This document shows, piece after piece, positions 13,931 to 27,373 of a DNA stretch of 64,000 bases. Both the position numbers and the translations under genes were made by a program. This DNA is from Hemiscyllium ocellatum (taxonomy: Eukaryota): the NCBI RefSeq assembly GCF_020745735.1, contig NC_083409.1, positions 9,847,534 to 9,911,533 on the forward strand, written 5' to 3'. The notes beneath the pieces were generated by a model. The model was not told the DNA's origin and did not search any database. It saw only the letters and a list, made by a program, of their open reading frames with translations. Within the stretch, counting starts at the first letter, position 1. Every line of letters begins with the position of its first letter.

Positions 13931-14977
13931 AAGTCCTGGTCACCACACTCTGGGAAGAATGTGATGGTACCTGAGAGGGTACAGGGGAGATTTTCCAGGA
14001 TGCTGCCTGAATGTGAGCTTTGAGCAGTGAAGGCTCAAAAGGGACCTGATAGAGAGGGATAAGATTATTCAGGACAGTGATAGGGTGGGTAGGATGGCAC
14101 ATTTTACATCAGTAAAGGACTTCATAATCTGGTACAGAGATTGAAGGTAACACAGACATGGACACGTAGAAACTTGGAGCAGCAGTAGGCCATTCGGCCC
14201 TTTGATTCTGCTCTGTCATTCAGTATGATCATGGCTGTATCAAGTTTTGAATGTCATCATTATTTTGAGGGTCGGTGTGGACTAGTCGGGCCAAATAGCC
14301 TGTTTCCACACTGTAGGCATTCTAAGATCTATGTCTGATCCTCTCTCTCAAAGCCATATTCCTGCCGTCTCCCCATTCTCTTCAAGCTGTTAAAATGCAA
14401 AACAATTATCTCTCTCTTTTACTTGAATGTATTCAGTTCCTTGTCCTCCACAGCCTTCAGTGGTAGAGAATTCCACAGGTTGACCACCCTCTGAGTGAAG
14501 AAATGTTTCCTCATCTCAGTCCGAAATGGTCAACCCTGTATCCCCCTGAGCCTGTGTCCCCTGGTTCCAGACTCCCCAACCAGGGGAAACCTCCTCCCTG
14601 CCCAGCCCAGTTACAATTTTATATGTTTTAATCAGATCCCCTCTCATCGTTCTGAACACGAGTGACTCCATGGCCAGGCGAGTTGGAGAGTGGGAGGAGA
14701 GTTGAGAAGAAATGTTTTCACCCAGAGGGTGGTGAGAGTCTGAACCTCACTGCCTGAAAGGCTGGTTGAGTCAGAAACTCTCGTGACAATTGGAGCAGTG
14801 TTTAGATATTCCCTTGTGTTGCTGTAGCCTCCAGGGTAATGGGCCAAGAGCTGGAGGATGGGATTAGTGTCATCAGATCTTTGTTTACCAGCACAGACAC
14901 AATGGGCCAAATGGCCTCATTCAGTGCTGTTCACATCAATGACTCTGAGACAGAGAGAGTGAGATAGAAAGAGAGAG

Positions 14978-15071
14978 AAGAGGAAGTGTGAGGATGTGGC
15001 TCTCTCTGCCTGATGCAATTTACATACTGAGGAACACCCAGTCAGACTCTCACAGGCTGCAGCTTTATAAA
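14978..15071 (+). promoter_or_regulatory. Ig VL promoter: ETS/PU.1-like site, variant octamer, TATA box
   Basis: AAGAGGAAGTG 14978-14988, TGATGCAAT 15011-15019, ATTTACAT 15018-15025 (one mismatch to ATTTGCAT), TATAAA 15066-15071, about 60 nt upstream of the ATG. Confidence 0.75.
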
Positions 15072-15131
15072 GCAGAGCCCAGTGAAGGGAGAGTTTATCA
15101 GGAACCAGGCACAGGGACAGGAGCACACACC

Positions 15132-15180
15132 ATGATTTCACACATCCAGCTGATCTGGCCCCTGGCATTCTGTGTCGCAG
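15132..15180 (+). CDS. IGKV: Ig kappa-type light chain leader exon (MISHIQLIWPLAFCVA-G)
   Basis: ATG at 15132, hydrophobic signal peptide, phase-1 donor G|GTACAA at 15181. Splices in frame to the acceptor at 15366 to give ...[14 protein letters not shown]. Confidence 0.95.
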
Positions 15181-15365
15181 GTACAAATCTCTCTCCTCCA
15201 CCTTGAATCTTTCGCTGCTCTCCATTTCACTCCAATTCCACTGACTTGTGATTGATGGGAAAATGCTGAAACCAGAGGAATGCTCAGTGTCTCCAACAAT
15301 CTCTCATTTGACCGGCTCTTTCTGTGACAGTTCTGACTTCACTGTGTTTCTCTCTGACCCCTCAG

Positions 15366-15689
15366 GTATCAATGGGGACATCATCATGACCCAGTCTCCC
15401 CCGGTGCTGTCAGTGGGACTGGGCCAGACCGCAACACTCACCTGTACGGCCAGGCAATATGTTAGCAACTATGTTAACTGGTACCAGCAGCGAAAAGGTC
15501 AGAAACCCTCTCTCCTGATCTACAGTGCAGCAACTCGATACACAGGAGTCTCGGAGCGATTCACCGGCAGTGGATCAGGGACCAGTTACACCCTGACAAT
15601 CAGCAACGTTCAGAATGAAGTTGTCGCTGACTATTACTGTCAGCAGTATTACAGCTGGTCGTTCGGTAAAGGAACCAAGCTCAGACTGA
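15366..15689 (+). CDS. IGKV: Germline-joined Ig kappa (type III/NS4-like) V-J exon
   Basis: Acceptor ctcag| at 15365. Translates [23 protein letters not shown]...[15 protein letters not shown]...[44 protein letters not shown]. Both V cysteines, the Trp and the J FGxG motif are contiguous with no RSS between them. Donor A|GTAAGT at 15690. Confidence 0.96.
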
Positions 15690-17631
15690 GTAAGTAAACC
15701 TCAATCCTCTGTTATTAACCCTGTCAATACTGAAACACACTTTCTAAAATACAGTTACTGATTTGTTGAAGGTGTTAGTGGGGAGCTGCAGTGAATGAAA
15801 TGGTTGATTGAGGAGCACTGTGTCTAACAGGGTGTCCAGCTGTATTTCTTTACTTTCATGCCCTCTTTAAAAAAAGCAAGATATAAGTCAGTCAGTTTTA
15901 CTCACTGTGTGGAGGAGCTCTGTCCATTTGCAGCCTGTGGTCCCATTCCTGCAGCATGGAGTGAAATCAGTGAGTAGCCTCCTGCCAGTCTCAGTGTGAC
16001 GGACACGGGCAGAGTTTGATGTGAGCTCTGGCTCCCTGTCCCAGTCTCTGATCTCACTGACCTCAGCAGCAGCAGCAGCAGCAGCAGCACAGTGAGACAC
16101 CGAGCTCCCACCTCCCTCAGCTTTAACTCTGCTCAATCACACAATCACAGAATTGTTACAGTGCTCAAGGAGGCCATTCCGTCCATCCTGTCTGGACTAG
16201 CTCTCCGAATGAGCAATTCACTGAGTGTCATTCTCCTGCCTTCTCCCTGTCATCCTGCACATTGTTCCTTTTCAAATAACAGTCTCATTCCCTTTGGGAT
16301 GTTTCAATTGAAGCTGCCTCCACCACACTCAGGCAGTGCATTCCACACCTAAACCACCCACAGGCTGAAAATGTTTTCCCTCATCTCACTTTTCTTACTT
16401 TTCCAATTACTTTCAATCTGTGGCCTCTCGGTCTCAATCCTTTCACAAGTGGAATCATTTTCTCCCTATTTACTCTGTTCCAGGCCCCACCTGATTTTCA
16501 ATTTCTGGAACAATTCTCCTCGCTGCCTTCTCCAAAGACTTGAAGGTGCCGGTGTTGGACTGGGGTGGACAAAGTTAAAAATCACACAACACCAGGTTAT
16601 AGTCCAACAGGGGGTTTATTTGGAAGCACTAGCTTTCGGAGCGCCCCTCCTTCATCAAATGGTTGTCAGCGGCGTTCCGAAAGCTAGTGTTTCCACATTA
16701 ACCTGTTGGACTATAACCTGATGTTGTGTGATCTGTAACTTTCTCCAAAGAAGACAGTCCCAAATTCTCCAATGTATCTTCATAACTGATATTCCTCATC
16801 CCTGGAATGATCTTTGTGCATATGTTTACCAGCTCTACAAAACATTCACCTCCTTCCTGCATTATTCACATTATTTATGTCCCTCATGATTTTATAAACC
16901 TCTATAAGGTCACTCCTCAGCCTCCGGCACTTCAGGGTAAAAGGTCTCAGCTTTTCCAGCCTCTAATGGTCACGGAGTCACACAGCGTGGAAACAGATCT
17001 TTCAGTCTAACTTCTCCATGCTAACTAAATATCCAAAACTGACTTCAACCCATTTGCCAGCATTTAGCCCACATCCCTCTAAACCCTTCCTATTCATGTA
17101 CCCATCCAAACATCTTTTAAATGTTATAATTGTATCCGTCTCCAGCACTTTCTCTGACAGCTCGATCCGTACACACACCACCCTCTGTGTGACAAGTTAC
17201 CCCTCAGGTCCCTTTTGGATCTTTTGCCTCTCATCTTAAACCTATACCCTCTAGTTTTGGATTCCCTTTCCCAAGGCAAAGACCTGGGATATACACCCTG
17301 TCCATGCCCGTCATGATTTTATCAACATCTATAAGGCCACCCCTCAGTCTCCGATCCTGCAGGAAAAATAACCCGTCTATTGAGCCTCTTCCGACAGCTC
17401 AAACCCTCCAGTTCCAGGCAACATCCATGTAAATCTTTTCTGCAGAATTTTAAGTTTAACAGCATCCTTCCTATCACAGGATGATCAGAATTGTTCACAT
17501 TATTCCCAAAGTAGCCTCACCAATTTCCTGTACAGCTGCAAATGATGTCCCAACTCTGATACTTAGTGCAGTGACCAATAAAGGCAAGTGTACCCAACAT
17601 CTTCTTCATCTCCCTGTCTCCCTGTGACTTC

Positions 17632-17816
17632 NNNNNNNNNNNNNNNNNNNNNNNNNNNNNNNNNNNNNNNNNNNNNNNNNNNNNNNNNNNNNNNNNNNNN
17701 NNNNNNNNNNNNNNNNNNNNNNNNNNNNNNNNNNNNNNNNNNNNNNNNNNNNNNNNNNNNNNNNNNNNNNNNNNNNNNNNNNNNNNNNNNNNNNNNNNNN
17801 NNNNNNNNNNNNNNNN
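17632..17816. other. Assembly gap (N) inside the J-C intron
   Basis: Run of N. The V-J to C linkage depends on scaffolding across it. Confidence 1.
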
Positions 17817-17897
17817 ACCTGCCCCTGCACCTGCCCCTGCCCCTACCCCTGCCCCTGCCCCTGCCCCTGCCCCTGCCCCTGCCCCTGCCCCTGCACC
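17817..17897 (+). repeat. (CCCCTG)n hexanucleotide repeat abutting an assembly gap
   Basis: Seen directly in the sequence. Confidence 0.95.
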
Positions 17898-18084
17898 CTG
17901 AGGTCACTTTGTTGAGCAACACCCCACAGGGCCCCACCATTAACAGTATAACTCCTGCCCTGGTTTGATTTTCCAAAATGCAACATCTCACATTTATCTA
18001 AATTGAACTCCATTTGTCACACGTTTAGATCAGAGCGGTGCTGGAAAAGCACAGCAGGTCAGGCAACATCCGAGGAGCAGGAAA

Positions 18085-18119
18085 ATCGACGTTTCGGGCA
18101 AAAGTCCTTCATCAGGATT
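18085..18119 (-). ncRNA. Minimal hammerhead motif in a short PLE-derived hairpin element (about 18015-18235) within the J-C intron
   Basis: The - strand reads AATC-CTGATGA-A-GGACTTTTGCCC-GAAAC-GTC-GATT. Core and stem I are intact, with one mismatch in stem II. Confidence 0.7.
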
Positions 18120-19199
18120 CCTCTAGCCGAAACATCAATTTTTCTGCTCCTCGGATGCTGCCTGACATGCTGTGCTTTTCCAGCACCACTCTGATCTAAA
18201 CTCTGGTTTCCAGCATCTGCAGTCTGCACTTTTGTCCATTTGCCACACCTCTGCCCATTTCCCCAAATGATCAAGGTCCCACTGTACTCTCAGATAAGCT
18301 TCTTCACTATCCACTGTACCACCAATTTTGGTGTCATTTACAAACTCGCCATAATTCCTATATTCACATCCAAATCATTTATTTAAATGATGAAAAGCCA
18401 TGGACCCAGCACCAATCCTTGTGGCACACAGCTGACATCTGATCTCCAGTCTGAAAAGCAACCCCTTACCACCACTCTCTGTCTCCTATCTTGAAGCCAT
18501 TTTTTTACCCAAATGGCTAGCTCCCCCTGGATCCCATGTGGCCTAACCTTCCTAATCAGTCTATCATGTGGAACCTTGTCAAATGCTGAAGTCCATATAG
18601 ACAGTGTCTACTGTTCTGCCTACCCCAATCTTCTCTTCAAACAACCTCAATCACGTTAGTGAGACATGATTATCATGCACAAAACTGCATTGATTGTCCA
18701 AATGCATGCAAATCCTGTTCCTCAGAATTCACTCCAATAACTTACCCAGCAATGACATCAGTCCCACTGGTTTATAGTTCCCTGGCTTTTCCTTAAACAA
18801 TGGCTAACATTAGCCAACCTCTCTGGTTCTCCAGAACCTCACTCATGGCGGTCAATCAGAAACATACCTCAGCAAGGGATCCAGCCATCTCTTTCCTAGC
18901 TTTCCACAATGTCCTGGGATACACCTGATCAGGTCCTGGAGATTTATCTACCGTCTTGCACTTTAAGAAATCCTCTTCTGTAATGTCTTTCTCCATGATA
19001 AATACTGACCTGGAATATTCATTTAAGACCTAAACCATTTCCTGTGGATCCACCCAGAGGTACATTGTTCATCTTCATGGGGCCCTATTCTCTCTCTAGT
19101 TACTCTTTTGCCCTTTTCTTATTTACCATAATTCTACCACTTTTGCCCTTGAGTAAGTTCAGGAATTGTTTGCCCTCCTTCAAATGTATCTCGAATATA

Positions 19200-22100
19200 C
19201 CTGGTCCACATCCTCTACTATTCTTTTCAGGACTTTCCTGCCAACCTTTGATCCCACTTTATTTGGATCCGATACATCCATATCCTACAGAAGCTGGCAT
19301 TTTCCCCAGTGAAGATGTTTGACCCTGAAAAGGCCTTTGTTCTTTTCTACCATCACCTTCAACTTTGTGATACAATGATCACTCTTCCTTAAGTGTCCTC
19401 TCACAGACACTTGATCCACTTGGGCCTCCTCATTCCCAAGATCCAGATCTAGCAGAGCCTCCTTTCTGGACTGGAAACATGCAGCTGGAGAAAATTCACA
19501 TGAACACACTCACACGACCCTGGCCCCTCTCTGTCCTTCACACTGCTACTACCCCAGTCTATATTCAGAAATTAAAGACATTCCCCCCCCCCACCCCATT
19601 TATAATGACTATTACATTTGCAGGTCTCTGTAAATTCCTTGCAAATGTATTCCTCTAAATCTTTCCCACTGGCTGGTGACTTATTGACTGCACTGATGAT
19701 TCTGTAGATCTTGGTGCTCCTCTCTGGTATTACTTCCTGACTCCCACAGCCCTGCCAAGTTAGTTTAAACCCTCTCCAACAGCACGAGTAGATCACCTCA
19801 AAGGAGCTCAGTGCCAGCTCTGTTCAGGAGCAACGCTGTCTGGTCTATCCAGGTCCCATCTCCCCCAGACGCAGTCCCAATGTCACAAGAATCTAAAACC
19901 CTCCCTCCTGGATCCTCTTTCCAGCCCCACAGTCACTTGTGTTATCCTCCTGCTCCTCTTGTCACTTGCCTGGGGCACTGGGAGTAATCTGAAGATTCCT
20001 ACTTTTGAGTTCCTGATGTTAATTCCCTTCTGAGCTCCCTAAATTCTGACAGCAGGACTACATCCCCTTTCTCCCTCTGTCACTGGGACCGATGTGGACC
20101 ACGACTGCTGCCTGTTCCCCCTCTCCCCTCAGGGTGCTCTGCAGTCGCTCAGTGACATCCTTCACCCTGGCACCAGGGAGACAACACACCATCCTGGCTT
20201 CTCATCTGCAGCTGCAGAAACACCTATCGATGCCCTCACTCTCGAATCTCCTTTCATGATCAGTCTTCCAGTCTTCCTTATACCCCCCTCCCCCCAATAC
20301 AGCTGAGCCACCAGTGGTGCCATGGGTTTGGCTCTGGATGCACTCCCCAGATGAACCATCATTCTCATCAGGATTCCAAACTGAATCCTGGTTGGAGAGT
20401 GGGATACATTCAGGGGATTCCTGTACTAGCTGCCTGGTCCTTTTGGACTGGCTGCTGCTCCCCCATTCCCTGTCTCCCTGCATACTCTGAAGCTGCAGAG
20501 TGACCACATCTAGAAATGTGCTCTCCACGGAGCTCTCAGCCTCACGGACGCTCCTCACTGACACCAGCTGCTGCTCAAGCTCCGAAATCCGGAGCTCCAA
20601 CTGCTGTCACTGACCACACTTCCTGCACTCATGGTATTCCAGGAACTGGGAAGCATTCTGAAATTCCCACATGGATGCACACTTTCTCCACTCTTTGGTT
20701 GTCTCTGGGCAAAGTTCTAATGACAAACAGCTCCAGCAGGGCTCACAGTCCAGTGGGTTCAGTGTTCCAGGATTTTGGGAAAACTCTCCAGAAGTCTTTA
20801 CGAAATAGGAGCAGAAATCAGCCAATCAGCCCATTGAATCTGCTCTGCCATTTGATCTTGGCAGATATGCTTCTCACCCCCATTCTCCTGCCTGCTCCAC
20901 AGGAACGTTCGATCCCCTTAACAATCACAAACCTATCTATCTCTGTCTTTAATACACTCAGTGACTTGGCCTCCACTGCCCTCTGTAACAATGAGTTCCA
21001 CAGATTCACCACCCTCTGGCTGAAGAAAGTCCTCCTCATCTCAGCTGTAAAGGGTCGGCCCTTCATTCTGAGGCTGCACCTTGGTTACCGAGTCTCTCCT
21101 GTTTTTGGAAACATCTTCTCTGCATCCACTCTACGCATGTCTATCAGTATTCTGTAAATTTCAATAAGGTCCCTCATTCTTCTAAACTCCAGTAAGTACA
21201 GACCCAGAGTCCTCAACCACGCCTCATATGACAAGCCTTTCATCCCCAGGATCATTCTTGTAAACCCCTTCAATGCCAGCACGTTGTTTCTTAGAATATG
21301 GGTCCCAAATCTGCTCACAATATTCCAAATGTGGTTTGACTAGAGCCTTACACAGCCTCAGCAGTACATCTCTGCTCTTGTATTCTGGCCCTACTGAAAT
21401 GAATGCGAACATTTCATTTGCCTTCCCAAGCACAAACTGGACCTGCCTGTTAACCTGAAGGGAAACCTGAATGAGGTTTGTGCTTTAGATTTCCAAAGAC
21501 TTTCCTCATTTAGAAAACAGTCTTTGCATTTGTTCTTCCTCCCAAAGTGCATACCCTCACACTGTCACACATTGTATTCTATCTGCCAACTCTTTGCCCA
21601 CTCTCCGAGCCTATCCAGGAGCTTTTACAGCCTTCCCACTTCCTTAACACTACCTGTCCCTTCACCTACCTCATGTCACCTGCAAACTTAGCAACAATGT
21701 CTTCACTTCCTTCATCCGGATTGTTAATGTATAACGTGAATAGTTATGGTCCTAACATTGACACCTGCAGAACTCTACTCGTCACCAGCGGCCATTGTTC
21801 CTCATGCTCTGCTTTATGCCAACCTGCCAGTCCTCAGTCCATGCCAGTACATTGCCCCTAATACTGTGGGCGCTTATCTTATGTCAAATGCCTTCTGGAA
21901 ATCCAAAAAGATTACTTCCTCGGACTCTCTTTTGTCTGATTGGTTCATTGCCTCCTCAAAGAATTCTAACAGATTTGCCAGGCATGACGTCTCCTTGATG
22001 AAGCCATTGCACTTCCAAGTCCTCTGCAATTTCATCCTTAAATTGAAGTCTAAAACCTTACCAACAACTGAGTCCTGACTAACTGGCCGATAATGTCCCA

Positions 22101-23700
22101 TCTTCTACCTCCCTCCATTCTTAAACAGGGGTGGTATGTGAGCCATTTTCCTGTCCCTTGCCCCTACCAAATCCGTCCCCATCTCACCTCCACACCCTGA
22201 CTCCATTGATTCCTGAAAGATCATCTCCAATACCTCCACAATCTCCTCAGCGATCTCCTTCAGAACACACGGGTGTAGTTTGTCCAGTCTGGGTGAGTTA
22301 TCCACATTCAGACCTTCCAGCTTCCCCAGTACCTCCTCCTTAGTGATGGCCACTACACGCCCCTCCGACCCTTGACAGTCTTGAATTACTGGGACACTGC
22401 TGGTGTTTTCCATGGTGCAGACTGATGCAAAGTATCTATTCAATTCCTCTGCTATTCCTAATTTTCCTGTTATTCTTTCTCCAGCCTCATTTTCCAGTGA
22501 TCCATAGTCTATTTTTGACTCCCTCTTCCTTTTTATACACCTGATAAAACTCCTGCAATCTTCTTTTATATGACTGGCTAGATAACTCCCACATTTCACA
22601 TTCTCCACCCTTAATGCTTTTTCAGTTATCCCCTGCAGGTTTTTAAAGGCTTCCTAATCCTCCGGCTTCCCACTATTCTCCACCATATTGTATGCCTTTT
22701 CTTTTGCTTCTATGCTGTCCTTGACATCCCCCATCAGCCATGGTTGCCTTGTCCTCCCCTTGGTATGTTTCTTCTTTTTTGGGATGAGTTCCTGATCTGC
22801 TTCCTGAATTACGCCCAGAAACTCTGCTGTTTGCTGTCCCACCATCTTACCTGCTCGGCTCCCCTTCCAACCAACTCTGGCCAGCTCCTTCCTCATGTCT
22901 TTGGAGTTACCTTTACTCAACTGAAATACTGTTCAATCTGATTGCAGCTTCTCCCTCTCAAACTACAGGGGGAATTCTATCATATTATTGTCACTTATCC
23001 ACAGGGATACTTTCATCTTAAACTCACTCATCATGTTTGCCTCAATACACATCACTGAATCCAGACCTGCCTGTTCCATCATGGCTCAACCACAAGCTGC
23101 TCCAAAATCCATCTCGTCGACATTCCATGAAACCTTTCCTTGAGATACACTATCCAGCCCACCGATCCATTGAAGTCTGCCCTGACATTTTCTGTCTCCT
23201 GACTGATTTCCTTCCCCACACCCTGATTACTGCTTGGAGATCTGGACATAACTTGCATCAGATTCTTTATTTATTGCAGTTCCTCAGCTCTACCCACTCA
23301 CATTCTACACCTTCTAACTCTACATCACTTCTTGCTATTGATTTAATTTCATTTCTCACTAACAAGGCAACTCTTCCCCCTCTGCCCATCTGCCTGTCCT
23401 TTTGATAGGACATGTAACCTTGGATATTTAGTTCCCAGCCCGAATTCCCTTACAGCCATGTCCCTGTGATACCCACAACATTGTACCTGCCAGTTTCAAT
23501 CTGCACTACCAGCCCATTGTGTATATTGTGTGCATTTAAGTACAACACCCTCAGTCCTGCATTGACTGCCCTCATTCCCATCATTGTCCCCTTATCTGCT
23601 GTGCTTTATGTTCGATTCCTGATCCTTTCTGTCCTTTTACATCTTCTAGAAACTTGAATAACCTTTCCTGAGCCCTCCTCCACTTTAACTAGCTTAAATT
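19200..23700 (-). mobile_element. Degenerate CR1 LINE(s): ORF1 fragments (20200-20720) and ORF2 EN/RT (20800-23700)
   Basis: MELRISELEQQL; GFIKETSCLANLLEFFEE...DFQKAFD; LNRYFASV; LVKPHLEYCEQIW. Confidence 0.85.
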
Positions 23701-24169
23701 CCTTAGAAACTCAATTTACCTCAATGTGTGGCATCACTATTACTCCCTTACTCGGAATGCTTTGTGCATTTAGATACAACCTCTTTAAGTTTGTACTATT
23801 ATTGATTTTCCCTGCACTTTCATGGTTCCTTTGATGATCAAAACTTCCATCCCTTTTATTTTTTGGTAACAATCAATCCCATCACTAACCAGCAATCCTA
23901 CCTTCTCCTTTACCTTCCATTTTCTCATTTTCCATCCAACTGAACCAAATTACTTTCTCTTTGGGTTGAGTTCAGGACAATATTTATCGTTGAGCCAACA
24001 TCATTATTGCTTTTTGATCTCATTGCTTCTAGTGGGATCTTGCTGTGCAGAAACTGGCTGCCACGTTACTGACATTGCAACAGTGACTGCTTGTCAACCA
24101 AAAATGCCTGAAAATGTCTTTGGGAGAGCCTGAAGTGTTAAGGGCTGGATTGAAATACAATTAGAGTCA

Positions 24170-24900
24170 GAGGGATGGACAGCACAGAATCAGACCCTTC
24201 GGTCCAACTCGTTCATGCTGACCAAATATCCAAAATTAATCTAGTCCCATTTGCCAGCATTTGGCCCATATCCCTCTAAACTCTTCCTATTAATATACCC
24301 ATGCCTTTTAAATGTTGTAATTGTCCCAGCCTTCACCACCTCCTCTGGCAGCTCATTCCATACATTTAACACCCTCTGAATGAAAACGTTGTCCCTTAGG
24401 TCCCTTTTAAATCTTTCCCCTGTCACCGTCAGCCTATGCCCTCCAGTTCTGGACTCCCCTGCTCTGGAGAAAAGATCTTCTGTATTCACCCTATCTATGC
24501 CGCTCATGATTTTATAAACCTCTATACGGTCACCCATCAACCTGCAATGATCCAGGGAAAACAGCCTCAGCCTATTCAGCCTCTCCCTTTTGTTCAAATC
24601 CTCCGACCTTGGCAACATCTTTGTAAATCTTTTCTGAACCATTTTAAGGTTCACAACATTTTTCCTGTAGCAGGGAGACCAGAATTGCACACAGTATTCC
24701 AAAAGTGCCCTAACCAATGTCCTGTACAGCCGCAACAGCTCCCAACTCCAATAATCATTGCACTGACCAATAAAGGAAAGCAAACCAAATGACTTTGTCA
24801 CTCCCCTACCTACCTGCAACTTCATCTTCAAGGAACTATTCTTCATTTTTTGGATGAACTGAGAGTCTTTCAGTTGTGAAAGATGCCATTCCATGGCACT
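24170..24900 (-). mobile_element. CR1 LINE ORF2 3' end
   Basis: 217-aa ORF 24241-24894 with LYRTLVRALLEYCVQFWSP...RTGGHRL and a CR1 3' tail. Confidence 0.9.
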
Positions 24901-27373
24901 ATTGGATGAAGAGCAGGCAGTTCCCCCTGGTGTCCCTGGTCAATATTTATCCCCCAGTCAAAATCACTCAGAATGTATTTCTCTGCTAATTATCACATGG
25001 TGTTTGGGATCTCGCTGTGCACAGTCTGCTAGAAAGATCCAGTGGGACATCCTGAGCTGGGGGCAGGTGCTACACAAATGCAAGTCTTTCTTTAAGGGTT
25101 GGAGTCTCCTGATCCGGATCCTCATCCATTGTCTGCGCACTCTCACCTTCCGGGGTCATGAGGTCATTAGGAGCAGTGACCCTATCTGACCCTAGGACAC
25201 TGAGACTATTTGCAGCCTCACCCTTGACCTCAGCCCAGCAGTGTGCAGCAAGGTTTGAAATATAATCTAGAACCTTCTACACAGACACCCAACGTGACTC
25301 TTTCCCGAAGTGTGTGGATCCGAGTCTGCGCCAATGTTCTCGGACAAAGTTCTCCTGATCTGTGGGTGATCGGAGGTTTGTTAAAGAGATATTGAGCTCC
25401 ATCCCACTTTCCAGCTCTTGCTCCATAGCTCTGGAGGTTTCGCTGTTTCAAGTGAATATCTAAGTGTTTTTTCAATGTGATGAGGGTTTCTGCCTCTCCC
25501 ACCCTTTCAGACAGTGAGTCCCACATCCCACCAACCTCTGGGTGAAAACAAATACCCTCAACTCCCCTCTAATCCTGCCCCCAACTGATTTCAATCTCTC
25601 CCCAGGGTTATTGCCCTCTGTGCTGGTGGAAATCAGTCCTTCCTACCCACTCTGTCCAAGCCCCTCATTATTTACACACCACCATCAAATCTCCCCTCAG
25701 CCTCCTGCGATCCAAAGAAAACAGTCCCAGCCAATCCAATCATTCCGCAAAGCTCAAAGCCCCCATTCCAGATAAACTACTCCTCTGTCCTGTAATGTGG
25801 TGACCAGAACCATACACTGTTCCCTCACTATGCTCTAACTGGGGTTTTATACAGTTCCAGAATAAACAAACTTCTTGCTTTCCCAGTCAACCAAAAATGA
25901 GATAAGGGAGGTGATGGTCTAATGGTGTGATTGCTGAGTTGTTAATCCAGAGATCCAGGTAATGTTCTGGGGACCAGGGTTAGAATCCAGCAGATGGTGG
26001 CATTCAAATTCAATCAAGAAAATCTGCAATTAAGAGTCTAATGATGACCATGAAACAATTGTTGATTGTCAGGAAAAAGCATCTGATTCCCTAATGTCCT
26101 TTAGGGAAGGAAACTACCATCCTTACCATGTGACCCCAGACCCACAGCAATGTGGGTGACTCTAAACTGCCCTTTGGGTGATTAGGGATGGGCAATAAAT
26201 GCTGCCGATCCAGCAATGCCCTCATTCCATCAAGGGAAAAAGAAAAACAGTTTCTCCCATGTGTCTTCTGAACCACCTCACTGACCTGCATTCATTAGTC
26301 ACCATGGCCACATCTTCCAGCTCCACACACATCTGACTTCCAGCTTCAAACTGACGAGAGACATTCCTTCATTATCTGAGAAACAGATCGAAAAATCAAA
26401 CACAGGAGCAGCAGTAGGCCATTCGGCCCTTCAGGCCTGCTCCACCATTCAGTATGATCATGGCTGATCATCCAACACAGTCCCCTGTTATGCTTTCTCC
26501 CCACATTCTTTGATCCCTTTAATCCTAAGAACTATATCTAATTCCTTCTTTAATACACATTGCATCTAATTCCCTTTTGCTGGAAAAATGGATGACAATT
26601 ATTGGGTTGTTGTCTGTTGACCAGTATGGACACAATTGGCTGATGAGCCTTTTCGGTCTCTATGAATCTTTGACCCTATTATTATATATTATGAATAACT
26701 GGGTACCAAGGACTGACCCCTGTGACACCCTAAGTTGTAATTACCTGCCATTCAGAAAAAGACTCCTTCTTTCTGTGCTGTCGGCCAACCAGTACCCAAT
26801 CCATGTCAGGACATGGCCCCAATCCTCTTGTTCATTTGGTCTAGATCTGGAAGTCCCACCTTTACTCTTTGTGGGAACAGATTCTGAATGATCTCTGACT
26901 CGTCCATCGAGGGCTCCCACTGCCCTGACACTGATTTCCCATCATGTCACTGCTTCCAGTCCACTTTTACCAAAGCACCACACAGTTTAGTTAAATGAAA
27001 ACTTTTACACTTACTGCACTTCCATCCATAGTCTCAATCTCACTGAGTTTTGAGCACTGTCGCTGAAATGCTCCCCCAGTGATAACCCTTCCAGTTGCTC
27101 ACAGTCATTCCATAAACAATGGTCTAAAACTGTCCCTTTTTCTCAGCTGCTTCACCATCACCTTCTCAGGGGCAATTAGGGATGGGCAATAAATGCTGGC
27201 CCTGCCAGTGACCCTCACATTCCCAAGAAGCAATTTGAACAATGCCTGTTCATTTGTCAGGTTTATTCTGTATTGACCAAAAATGTTCAAAAAGATTGTA
27301 TTGCCAGTGAATATTGTGAAGGTTGAATTCCCTTCGAATGACAGGGATTAAAATTGCTCCTCTTATCTTTCAG

